Shown here piece after piece: positions 47,840 to 59,900 of a DNA stretch of 64,000 bases. The notes under the pieces are model-generated. The model ran no database searches and was not told the origin of the DNA. It was given only the letters and a program-made list of their open reading frames with translations. Numbering within the stretch: position 1 is the stretch's first letter; every line of letters starts with the position of its first letter. The translations under genes and the position numbers were made by a program. Origin of the DNA: Vezdaea acicularis (taxonomy: Eukaryota); assembly GCA_026025075.1 (NCBI GenBank), contig JAPEUI010000058.1, positions 1-64,000 on the forward strand, written 5' to 3'.

Positions 47840-48643
47840 TCATGATCTCGGGAGAGCTTTAGGCTCCCACGCCTCATACTTCGACTTGACACTGATTGGT
47901 TGGATCAGCATAGAGGCTGGACCGGCTAAGAGCGGGACTTACGTTGAGTATGGGCGATATGCGGCTCTGGTAGCGGTAAGATTTGGCTTATGGCCGGAAT
48001 CCTCCCATGGCCTTACGCCAATCTGCAGAAGCTTATCCTCTGTAGGAGGCTTGTCGACCATGTAGGACATCCATGTATGCCTACAAAATAATAATTAGGC
48101 ATTGAAACAGGATGCGAATATGGGGTCCCTACCAGCCAGCTTCGATCTGGGACCTGTTCGAGCTATCAGTCATGATTTCCTTTCGCTCCAGGTGTCCGGA
48201 AAGTGCCTACGGATCAAATTCCTTATTCTTATAGTCCACCCAGCGTGTTCGTACTGTTAGGCATGTCAGCACAGCTCGAATTGAAATTGCACCCTATCAG
48301 TTACGAACGTGGTAGCTCCTCCAAATTCTCGTAATACTTGTTGCCATATAAATCCGTTCCGACAAGTCGTCCAGCTTTCGTATCGCCTGCGACGTGTTAA
48401 AACTTAAGAGTTTCCATGGAATATGCAGCAGCTTCCAGCCTACCCATATACTACAATATGGAGCATTAGTATCCTCATTGGCCTTTACCATAGCATTTGG
48501 CGAGTTCAATATCGTACCTGCATCTGGTGTCCATATTCCTAGGTAGATGTTAGCTTCGTGCAAGCTATGTCGCGCTGTCTGATGCTAATTACCTTGAAAC
48601 CAATCCTCCATAGATTCTTCAATGTCCTTGTGATAGTCGACAT
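47840..48643 (-). CDS. NDUFA12: Complex I subunit NDUFA12 (N7BM/B17.2), 8 exons
   Basis: Exons 48643-48593, 48538-48518, 48450-48444, 48386-48309, 48253-48211, 48153-48133, 48080-47943 and 47891-47840 give MSTITRTLKNLWRIGFKEYGHQMQYMGDTKAGRLVGTDLYGNKYYEN..RTRWVDY..SQIEAGWHTWM..WEPKALPRS. Not in the ORF track. Confidence 0.93.
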
Positions 48644-48845
48644 CTTCGCAAGAGCGTGATAGATTAGAGTTCCAATGATGTCGAGGTTCGAAGGTCTGGG
48701 ATCAATGCGGTTCTCGCGCTACGCCCGAATCGTCTAGCGCAGGTACACAACCTCGGAACCTGCATATGCAACGCCTTACCTCCGAGTTATCATGACATTA
48801 CGTAGAGCATTTGTTTTTTGCGCCCCATGTTCCTAGGACAAAACT

Positions 48846-50582
48846 ATGATTACCAGGCGTCTTGCAAGATGCTCACCCTTCATATCCATCAGATCTCGAC
48901 GTCCTATCGGACAATGTCGCCGAGCGAGCAAGTTCTCAACCTCTGCCTCAACCGTCATAAGCTCTCCTTCCGAAGCAGCTATCTTGGGCAGCATCACTAC
49001 AGAGCTCGACAAGCTATCACCACGGTTCGACATTCACGCCTCTCAGATACAGATTTTAGAGTCTCCGTCGGAGTTCTATAGCGTATTAAAGGTCGATGCG
49101 ACTGCCGAACACAGATAGAGCAAAAGTCTAATTGCCGGACAGAAGAAGATTCTTGCAGCAAAAAAGCGAATTTACCTCTCGACACTTTATATTGGGAAAA
49201 CTCAACATGAGCTTGTACGTTTCGAGGTCTTCTTGTATTCATCCGTGGACCGTAAGTCTGACAAGGCCTCTAGATCGATACGATACGGATAGCTTTGAAG
49301 GCTCAACCAGGCCTGAAGGTCTATTTCTTGACGGACGCCCTTCGGGGCACGCGGGAGACGCCTGAGCCCTCATGCGCCTCCCTACTCGTGCCTCTCATTG
49401 CAGAGTTCGGGTCGGATAGAGTAAAGGTGCGCATGTACCACACGCCAAACCTGACGGGTCTGCGGAAGAAGTGGATTCCCAAACGGATCAATGAAGGGTG
49501 GGGCCTCCAACACATGAAGCTCTATGGCATTGACGATGAGATCATATTGTCAGGGTATGCAATAATTTCTTCAGGCTTAAAGGGTCCCGCTGACCCTTCG
49601 GGTCAGGGCCAATCTATCTAGTGATTATTTTACCAACCGGCAGGACCGATACCACCTCTTCTCGTCCAAGGAGATGACCGACTACTTTGAGGGTCTCCAG
49701 AAGGCCGTCAGTTCCTTGAGCTTCCGCGTCTTGCCTGACCACAATAGCGAGGGCGGAAGGTACTCTTTCTCTTGGCCGGACACCAACACTGGTCCTTCGC
49801 CCCTGAGCAATCCTTCTGCCTTTATTGAAGCTGCGACAAGCCTTTTGACCCCTATAATCCAGCCCACTCCACGTTCGGAGCCCCTTTCACCATCTACCGA
49901 CACAAGTGTCTACCTCCTAGCCCAATTGACACCACTTCTCCGCCCAGACGCCTCCACTGAGCTTCCCGGTTTATCCTCAGTCCTTCATTCTCTCTCATCA
50001 CCTAACATGGCCTGCTCAAAGTGGATGTTCACTGCTGGGTACTTCAACATTCATCCATCACTCTCATCCCTCCTCATTGCCTCAAAGTCCGAGAACGGAA
50101 CGGTAATTACGGCGAGTCCATGGGCCAACGGCTTTTATGGAAGCAGCGGCGTGTCCGGCATGCTCCCAGCAGCATACAGTCTCCTCTCCCGGCGCTTTCT
50201 AGAACGTGTTCAACGCACAGGCCGAGCCTCCCAGATCAGTCTGCGCGAGTGGCGGCTTGGGACAGTTGGAGAGCCTGGCGGCTGGACCTACCATGCAAAG
50301 GGGCTATGGATCACGCTTCCTAATGACGAGGCGGGGCCGAGTCTGACCCTCGTAGGGTCGTCAAACTATACAAAGCGCAGCTACGAGCTAGACCTCGAGG
50401 TTAATGCCATGGTGGTAACGAAGAACGAGGGTTTGAAGAACAGGCTCAAGGAGGAACAAGAGTGGTTGCTGAAGGAGACCAAGGAGGTAGGGATTGACGA
50501 CTTCGCTAAGACTGAGAGAAGGGTGAGCATCAAGGTTAGGCTTGCAATGTGGATTGTCAGCCTGGTAGGCGGCGCACTGTAG
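48846..50582 (+). CDS. PGS1: Phosphatidylglycerophosphate synthase
   Basis: Exons 48846-49091, 49143-49214, 49274-49554 and 49607-50582. LSTLYIG, GLQHMKLY, GANLSSDYFTNRQDRY and TYHAKG..GSSN motifs. Confidence 0.94.
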
Positions 50583-50647
50583 GTGTTGTAGATTGTAGTC
50601 TTTCTGCATAGCGCTGGCGTTGCTAAGGGGTAAACTGCTTGATCCAT

Positions 50648-51094
50648 TCAACCATTGAACAGCTTTGCCGGCGTATCCTGATCGAGCAACAAGCTTAGCC
50701 ACTGGTTGTGACCCCTGACCCTCCAGCTCTCCTCTCCCTCTTTTCTGATACCGACCCACCCCCCAGCAGCAGCGACAACAGCCTTCATGTCCTCTCTCTG
50801 GACACGAATCCACAAGTCCTGCTCCTCGACTTTCAGTATATCAACTGGAATGCCTGAGCCGGTGAGCCCTAAAAATTGGGTCAATGCGGCTGTGAGATTT
50901 GTTTTTGCAGTGAGAAGGTCCAAGGCATCTTTCGGTGGTGGGGTTGAGATGCGCGTGAGATGGATGTAGCCCCATTGAGATTGGCGGGATGTGTGGGTCT
51001 TGATGGCTTGTTTGGGCTTTACAGGCTGCTTTGGAGGTTCTTTCTGGATAGTACTAGCTTCTGGTCTATCTATATCCATGTCCATGTCCGCCAT
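50648..51094 (-). CDS. POP8: RNase P/MRP subunit Pop8-like protein
   Basis: WGYIHL..LDLLT..ALTQFLGLTGSGIPVDILK..WIRV pattern; likely start MADMDMD at 51094. Confidence 0.75.
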   Translation of the reverse strand: MADMDMDIDRPEASTIQKEPPKQPVKPKQAIKTHTSRQSQWGYIHLTRISTPPPKDALDLLTAKTNLTAALTQFLGLTGSGIPVDILKVEEQDLWIRVQREDMKAVVAAAGGWVGIRKEGEESWRVRGHNQWLSLLLDQDTPAKLFNG

Positions 51095-51267
51095 TGTGTA
51101 TCTGGTGTTGTGGGGGTGCTTGATACGAGCAGACCGGCCTCGGTAAAGAAATTTACGGGAACTCACAGCATTTCGATTCATCTCTACATCATATGAACGA
51201 CTCCATGTACTCCATTTTCTGTCACAGCAGAACATGAAGGCCATAAGATAAACCCATTTTCACAATA

Positions 51268-52636
51268 ATGTTCGGCTACGGCCCCAGCTCCTCTGACGCT
51301 GGCGGCCCCCCTCCACTTCCTGCCCAACCACAATCCTCGTACGTCCGCGGCTGCTCCGTACCCCTCCTGCGTATATTTTCCCTCCTCATGTAGAACATGC
51401 GCTGATACATCCACATGCAGTCTCTCCTTCACACAAGGGTTCCTCCTCGGCCAACTGTCCATCGTCCTCCTCATCGGCGCCTTCATTAAATACTTCATCT
51501 TCGACCCCCCCACCCCACCCCCCTCATCATCCAGCACGCCCCTCACAAGCACATCCCCCCTCCTCTCTCCCCACCATAACAAGCGGCGCCCCTCCACCGC
51601 CAACACCAACACCCGCTCTCCCATCCCCACCATCCTTACCAAAACCTATTACAACCCTTTAACGCACGCCCCCGAGTCCCTCGACTGGTTCAACGTGCTC
51701 ACCGCCCAAGCCATATCGCAACTCCGCCTCGAAGCCCTCTCCTCAGGCGACGACTCGCTCCTACCCCGCCTGAGCGGCGCTCTGAACGGGCCCCAACGCC
51801 CGGACTACGTCGGCCCCATCAAAGTCAGCGATGTTTCCCTCGGCGACGAATTTCCCATCTTTAGCAACTGCCGCATCGTGCCCTCCAGCGCCCATGGCTC
51901 CGACGGACTGGGAGGAGACGCTGGAAAGCTCGAAGCGCGCATGGACGTCGACCTTACTGATGCGCTGACCCTCGGCGTCGAGACCTCTCTGCTACTGAAC
52001 TACCCCCGCGCACGCGCCGCCGTCCTACCAGTCGCCCTCGCAGTCAGCGTCGTCCGCTTCTCAGGAACCCTCTGCGTATCTTTCGTCCCCTCGCCATCAC
52101 CCCCGCCCTCTCCCTCTAACCCCACCCGGAACCCTCCCGCGCCGCCCTCGACAGCGACTGAAACCGCTCCGCGCCACCCCTCAACGTCCCTAACCTTCTC
52201 CTTCACCCCCGGCTACACCCTCGAACTCACAACCCACTCCCTAATCGGCTCCCGCAGCCGCTTACAAGACGTCCCCAAGATTGCGCAACTAGTCGAAGCG
52301 CGCGTCCGCGCCTGGTTCGAAGACCGCTGCGTCGCCCCCCGGCAGCAGGTCGTCGGCATCCCGAATCTGTGGCCTAGAAGCGCGAGGACCAGGGGTGGTG
52401 AGGAGCTCGTGCTGGACAAGGAGAGGCCGACGAGTAGGGGTGTGGATGTCGCGGATAGGGATCTGGGCCCTAGCGCTGGCTTGGAGAGACGCTTGGATGC
52501 GGTTGCGGGCCGGGCTGGGTTAGGAGAGTGGACTGCTGGGCCTGCGCGGTCGGAAGGGGAGGGGTTGAGGTGGAGGGGAGGTTTGGATGGGTTGGAGAGT
52601 GGTACTGGTGGATTGTCTGGCCTTGCTGTGTCGTAG
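51268..52636 (+). CDS. MMM1: ERMES component Mmm1 (SMP domain)
   Basis: Exons 51268-51338 and 51421-52636. [35 protein letters not shown] and [15 protein letters not shown] motifs. Confidence 0.94.
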
Positions 52637-53519
52637 CTTTCGGTCGCGAAGAAATGTACGATATCATATTGTATCATACGCTTGGTGTCCTGGATGGGTG
52701 AGCTCGGCGTGGTTTGTACTGCAAAATAACACAAGTCTCTACATCCGTGATTGCCCCCGAATATTCACGTGAGAGGGGAGAAGGGGGGTGAATTTACCCC
52801 TTTATATAGCAGTTTTATGTGATCTCATGGAATGAACTCGCTTGAGGGAAGTGTTTGTTCAAAAGCTCTTCGATTCCCACGATACACTATCTACAACTAT
52901 AGAGAAGAGATTAACACCGTCGATAAGCCCCTGACCAATGTACCCCCCTCTTCGCTCCCTTGCGTCTGTTTTGCCTGCCATGAGCGAACCATTCTATCCT
53001 ATTTCCCTCCTCACCCTTCCCGCGTTTTCTAACATGCTCCTAAACAAAGCAAGTTCCATACCACCCCCTTCCACCACCCCTCCCCCCCGAAGAAAGCCAC
53101 CACACAAACATAAACACATCCCAAACAACAAAATGGGCACCCCCCTCCCCCTAAAAAAAATATAGCGGCTGTAGATACAACGAGAAGTACATGAAGTACG
53201 GTTAAAAATCGTTTAGCCCCCCGGCTCCGCAATGATGCAAGTAAGAAACGTAAAGAAAAGAAAAAGACGCCGTATCCCATGAACGAACAAATGAGTAAAC
53301 AAACAAACAAACGAGTGAATGAAGGAAATCGGATGAGATGACATGAAATAATCCACCGCACGTGACACCCTACCCGACTTCTCGCGCTTCAGGAGCAGAA
53401 TGATGTTTGCGATTGAACGATGACGGCCCGACCCCTTTTCCAGAATCCCTTTTTCTAGAACCCCCTTTTTCTTGACGTTGAGGCAAAGAAGCCCCGATTC
53501 CAGGAGAGGATGTTGTTGT

Positions 53520-53720
53520 TGTCGACCGACGACGACGACGACATCATCGAAAACGACATCATCGACGACAACCGCGACAACAATGATGACCGCCATGACA
53601 ACAACGACGACAACAATAACAACGACGAAACCGACGACGAAAACCGGACGACGAAACCGATGATGAAACCGAAGCTGAAACCGACGATGAAACCGACGAC
53701 GGCGACGACGACGATGAACA
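53520..53720. repeat. (GAC/AAC)n low-complexity tract with GAAACCGAC units
   Basis: Visible degenerate triplet repeat just downstream of the PPT1 stop codon. Confidence 0.75.
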
Positions 53721-53868
53721 GCACCCGTTCCAGTGTAGACGGAAGGAGGAGCTGTTAACTAGTCTACCTATGATCCGGGCGCCCCTTTTTCGCTCACCTC
53801 CGTTCCCAGCCCCCTCTCCGCTTCCCCAAATACGGTTAGTGTAAATGTCCGAATGGTGAGAGGCTGGG

Positions 53869-55633
53869 CTACATCATGCTCATCAACGAATTCTGAGCGT
53901 ATGCCTATAGTTCGCACGAGTTAGCTTCTGTGATGACAGACATATGGGGCGCGCTCCACAGCAAATATCCGCACGATTTTGTTTATAGGCAACGCTGAAG
54001 AAGGGGGACTCACCATGGGCTTGATATCCGGATGTGGCACGGCATCGAACTGTGTGAAGTGCAGCTTCAAGTCCGATCCGATGTTGATGAACGCGCCCTT
54101 ATTCTCGGTGCTATCGCAGTATTTTGGTGCCGAGAAGACTGTTTATATCCTCGTATTAGCCGCTGACGTCCCCCATTTTCGTTCTTGACGACGCTCAGAT
54201 GGGGAAGATACTCACCAGTAATACACTTCCCGCCGTGCTCGACCTCGTACCCTTCCATGCGCACCTCATGGCTACGAATGACGGCCTCAAGCCCGTTCCG
54301 CTCGCAGAAACGCCGCGTGACGTCCGGGCCGAACTGCAGACCAACCCCGCGCTTACTGGGGCCGCGACCGGGTGCCGTCTGCGGGTCCGTCCAGAGCATT
54401 TCCATCATGAGGCCCTGCTGACCGGGCTGGCGCTGGGCATGACGGTTCAGCTTGCGGATATCGTCGAGGCTGACTTTGTCGTCGCTGAAGAGGCCGCCGT
54501 GCAGGGTGAGGTACTTCTTGCCGATCAGCGTCGCGAGGGGGAGGGCCGAGAACGATTCGCTGAACAGCTTGAAGACGCGCTCGCTGTACTTGGCCTTGCA
54601 CTCGCCTTCGAAGCCGTACACGCGGTTCATGTCGTCCGTCTCGTGGTTGCCGCGGTTGAGGAAGAAGGCATGTGGTCGTAGCCACTTGTAGGCGTATAGC
54701 AGCAGGGCAATCTCCGTGCTCCAGCTGCCGCGGTCGACAAAGTCGCCGTTGAAGAGGTAGGCGTGCTTGTCTGAGGGGTAGCCGTTCAGCCGGAAGATCT
54801 CCAGGAGGTCGAAGAACTGCCCGTGCGTGTCCCCACAAACGGTTAGGGTGGTGTCGGGGGCGACCTCCATCTCTACCATTGTTGCCTCTTTGTAGACGAT
54901 GTTCTTGACGGCCATCACGATCTGGAAGACGTATCGCCTATGAAGCTTCTTGCCCGACTTGAAGCGGCTGATCATATCATCAATGAACTCTTGCGTCATT
55001 TCCTTGCCAAGTCGTACACCATCATATTTGTCCTCCACCGCAATGCTCTCGATGTCCAGTCCCTCCGACGCTGACGGCGGGTCCCCCACCTCGATGGCAG
55101 CAAGGAACGCCGTATGCTTAACCAGCTTCTCGCACTCGGCCAGTTTGAGCCTTGCATCCTTATTGTTCGGCTCCTTCTTCACGACCGTCTTGAAATCCTT
55201 CAGAGCTTCCTTCGTTTTGAGTATGGCCGTATTCGCAACCGCACGCCGGTAATATGCCTATGGTCTCCACATAAGCCCCCACCGTCCCCAATTGCAAGAG
55301 CGATGACCACCATCACCGGAGGGAGCAGCAAATACCTTGACATAATTCGGATCGAGGTCCAGTGCATGGGTGGCATCCGCGATCGCAAAGCCATAAGCCT
55401 CGAGTTTGATATTCGCCTGCGGGAGAGCGGCTCGGGTCAGTCACACGAGCTCGCCTTTGCCCACATGTCAACGTATAAGAGCTTACCTGCGCGCGATTGC
55501 AGAAAAAGGAGGGATCTTTGTCGTTCAAGGTGATCGCTTTCGTGTAGCAATCTATCGCCGTGGGCCAGTCGTGCTCCGCAAAGGCCTTGTTGCCCTTCTG
55601 CTTCAGCGCCACCGCTTCCTCCGCCGAAGCCAT
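53869..55633 (-). CDS. PPT1: Ser/Thr protein phosphatase 5 (TPR plus PPP domain)
   Basis: Exons 55633-55487, 55416-55336, 55257-54216, 54138-54014 and 53904-53869. GDTHGQ, GDFVDRG, RGNHE and FSAPKYC motifs. Confidence 0.96.
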
Positions 55634-56140
55634 GATCGTGCTGCCTATTAAAATCGTATATTCTGCAGTACTTCTTGCCTCTCAGAATTCTAGGATCGGG
55701 AGCTCTGTAATAAGGAAAGAACCTACGGTGTTAAGTGGAGGATCCACACACCTCACGCACTGAAATTTAAATATAGCAAAAAAATGCAGTGAATGTGTAG
55801 AAAAACCGTTTGTAGGGCGTGAGCTCCGAGGCTGCCCATTCACAATTTATTACGGACCTGCAGCCAGCCAGCCGAAGAGCTTGCAGGCTGGTTATTTTTG
55901 TGACGAGCCAATCAGGGCGAGAGCCGAGCCGAGCAAAGCTCTCGACGACTTTCGCCCAGACTTTGTCTCTTCGAGCTTGTCGTGAATCCAACCTCACAAC
56001 TCAGGACTATTCGACTCCAACCTGCTTTTTCAACCCCTTGCCCTCACGGCTGAAGAAGGGGGAAATTCGTCTCGACTCCAACCTCCAACCTCCACAACCA
56101 CAACCACAACCACCCACCACTCTCCTCCACCAAAAAAGCC

Positions 56141-56550
56141 ATGCCACCAACCCGCGCCCTCCGCGCCTGCATGTTCTGCGCCCTCGTCCTCCCCAAAGAG
56201 AAATTCCTCCTCCACGGCTGTCCCAACTGCGAAGACTTCCTTCTCCTAAAAAACTCCCCGGAGCGGCTCCTAACCTGCACATCCCAAGTCTTCGAAGGAC
56301 TGATCCTCTCCTCGGGCGAACCCCGCAGCTGGGTCGCCAAGTGGCAACGCATGGACGGCTATGTGAGGGGCATGTATGCGGTTAAAGTTACGGGACAGCT
56401 GCCCGAGGAGGTCGTGGAGGATGCGAGGGGCGCCGGGATTAGGTATGTGAGGTAAGTTTTGTTCTGATGAGGGGAGTGGTGGGGGGGAAGTGGGCTAATA
56501 CGGGGAGTAGGCGTGATGGGGGGGATGCAGATGAGGAGATTGAGGGGTAG
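56141..56550 (+). CDS. SPT4: Transcription elongation factor Spt4
   Basis: Exons 56141-56451 and 56511-56550. RACMFC..GCPNC, SWVAKWQR and YAVKVTG motifs; RDG follows the intron. Confidence 0.95.
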
Positions 56551-56996
56551 GGTTGGGGCTTGGGATGGGGAGTGGGGATGAGGTGTTTTGAAAGAACTGC
56601 GTTGATGGAAGGCGGCGTTCATTGGGCTCGGAGAACAGAACGGCGTTTGTGGGTGAGCGTCTGCAGGGCGAGGGAGACAGGCAGCATAGAATCAATACAC
56701 ACATTGGAAACTGCATTCAAACAGCTCTCACCCGATGGATGTAGGTCATTTTCAAAGTCGAAAGCTATCGTCGGTATAACAGATACACCATCAGACTAGA
56801 TAATGGAGCATCTCTCTTTCCATTACTTAGCAGCTATTCTAGCCCACGCCAATATGGTACACGTGCGTCACGAGGGACCCTCCCGTAAAGACGAGTCACG
56901 TAATGCGAAGCAGCCATGCAACCCTGATCCCTATGCCAAATCCCAGCCCAGTGTCCCCTAGACTACAGTGTACAGGTATAACAAAAGAAAACGGTT

Positions 56997-59900
56997 TTAC
57001 GCCTGGCCACCGCCGAGTCCGAACTCGCCGCTGCCGTCGGCCATCTTCAGGCGCTCGCGAGCAGTCTTGGCCTTCTTGCTGATACCGCCCTTGCGGCCAC
57101 GCTTCTTTGGGGGCTCATCCGAGGCGGGGAGAGGGGTAGACGTGCCCGAAGGCTTCGCCGAAGCGTCGTCAAAGTGTCCTTCACCTAAAGTGAATGGGTT
57201 AGTTCTATGCACTTGGCAAGTACCCGTTCCGGGGGACGCATACCTTCATGATACATATCATCGAGACTGATATCCTTGGCCCTCTTCCTCTTCTTGATAA
57301 TCTTCCCGCCCACACCCAACGCCTCTTCCTTCGCTTCTTTTTCGCGAGCTTCTTTCTCTTTGAGCTCAATCATCTCAGCTTGCTCGTCATCAGCCAGCCA
57401 GAGAGCGATGTCCTTGGTGCGGCTGTCTCTGCTGCGAGTGTTAAAGTCGACGCCACCGCCTGAACCACCAGAAATGACGACACGCTGCACCTCTTCCTTC
57501 TGCAGAGCACGCTTACGAATTCGTTCTTCGATCGTGCCTCGCGTAATCATACGGTAGACGGTGACTTGCTTTGTTTGCCCGAGACGATGCGCACGGTCCA
57601 TGGCTTGAGAATCGATGGTAGGATTCCAATCCGAGTCATAGAAGATGACCGTATCAGCACTTGTCAGATTGATACCCAACCCACCAGCACGTGTACTGAG
57701 CACGAAGATGAAGATTTCAGGCCGAGTTTGAAAGTCATGAACAGTATCGCGACGATCTTCGAGTTTAGTGCTACCATCGAGACGCAGATATTTGTAGTTG
57801 CGGTACGTCAGGTACTCCTCCATAAGGTCCATCATTTTTGTCATCTGGAAATAAAGGAGGACACGATGGCCACCGGCCTTGAGTTCTCCTAGGAGCTGGT
57901 CCAGCTTCGCGAGCTTACCACTATCAGTGACGAAGCGACGCATGCTCGGATTTTGGATGTTGGTGAATCGAGCTTTCTCCGAGAGAGGTGCTGGAAGCAT
58001 AGCGCTGACCGGATAGAAAGTAGGTTCAATGTTCTCCTTGATCAACTGGCGTTCTTCCCACTCGGAGGGACCATAGAGCGCGCGACGAACGGGAACGTTG
58101 AAGAAGAGACGAGTCTTCTCAATCTCAGTGCCGCGAGAAGAACAGACGAGCTCAATGGGGGGAGCTGATGCTGAGGGGCGGGCGCAGGGCTCGACCCGTG
58201 TAAGACCACATTCAGCCCAGGCGTTAGTAGCCACGTTCAGAAGATGGCTCATATGACCTCCGTCGCAGACTTCAGCGAGTGGAGTACGCTCATTTCGGTC
58301 GACAATGTTGAACATGGCATGTGCAGGGGTAAAGGCATGACCATCTTCTTCGTCGTAGATGATCGGAAGGCGAGCCAAATGCCGGGGCTTCTCCTTCATA
58401 GCCACCGCTCGGTCGAATGGAGTCTTATAAAAGGCGTTCGATGCCTCCCCGACAGAAGTGTCGGCAAATCGAAGCCATGAGAATGCACCATCTGCTTCGA
58501 CACTTTGTTTGATATTCTCGGGTGTCCATATATTGAACTTGTGATTGAGCCACTTGCCGCGGAAACCAGCTTGTAGGTTGTCACGGCCCGCAAGGTCCAG
58601 TCGTCCGCCTTCACGATTGAGCAGACGAGGCACGACATATTCGATAAGATTCCTTGTCGAGTAGCCAACGTTGACTTTCGGACCTTCGCGCATGAAGGAG
58701 GCGGTCTCGGCGAAATAAGCAAAGGAGAAAGGCGAAGTCGTCTCAGCTCGTTCGAACAGATCAGGATGGTTGCATACTTTCCGGAATTGCATGACCAAGT
58801 TCATGAGGCTCGCAGCATCTTGATCGCTACCGACAGTGACCTTATCAACGAGATCCTCGAAGTTGATGCGATCACGCAAGTTGGTATAGTACGCGCGCTG
58901 ACGGTACGCCAGATCGCAGAAGAGATCTACCTCAATCTTGTCACCCAGCTCTTTCTGGACGTGTTTCTTGATCCGACGAAGCATGAACGGTTTCAGGATC
59001 ATGTGAAGACGTTTCAGCTGATCTTCGTTGAGCTTCGTATTGCTCTGAGCGTGGCTCTCAATATCTTTTGAAAACCAATCGCTAAACTCCTCGTGGTTAT
59101 CGAAAAGACTTGGCATGATGAAATGTAGCAAGGCCCACAACTCCTGCATGTTGTTCTGGATAGGCGTCCCAGTGAGGAGGAGACGGTTGCGGCAGTGAAA
59201 TCCTAGCAAACTCTTCCAACGTGAACTAGTCGAACTTTTGATGGCTTGAGCTTCATCGAGGATCATGTATTGCCAACGGATCTTTTGAAAGTACTGCGTA
59301 TCTTGAACTACAAGCTGGTACGATGTGATAAGAACATGGAATGATGATTCACGGGTGTAGGTGATATGCTTTCGATCCCAGAATTTTCGCAAGACCTTTC
59401 GGTCTTTTGCACTTCCCCAATATGGAAGGACTTTCAGCTCAGGAACGAATTTTGTGATCTCTTGCTGCCAATTATGCAGGGTCGACGAGGGAGCAATCAC
59501 GAGGAATGGGCCCCAGATCTTGTGATGTTCGGCGAGGTAAGCCATGACCGATATCGACTGGATTGTTTTACCCAGACCCATTTCATCGGCCAGGATCCCG
59601 TTGATACCTTGTTCGTAGAGATTTGCGAGCCAGTTAAGGCCCTTTAGCTGATATTCTTTCAACTGGGCGTTGAGCATCTTTGGCTGTTCGATGTTAACGT
59701 CACCCAAGCTGGTCGGGTTTTGGAAGTTCATTTCCCCTTCATCGAAGTCTTCCTGTACGGCTTTAGGTTGCTGCCCTCCTTTGTTGAAAGCGCGCGCCTT
59801 GTCCTGAGCCTCTTGAATAGCACTCTGGGCATTTGCCACCGCCGCTTGGCGAAGGGCATTTTCATCATCGAAGTCAAGGTCTTCAAAGTTGGCTACCTTT

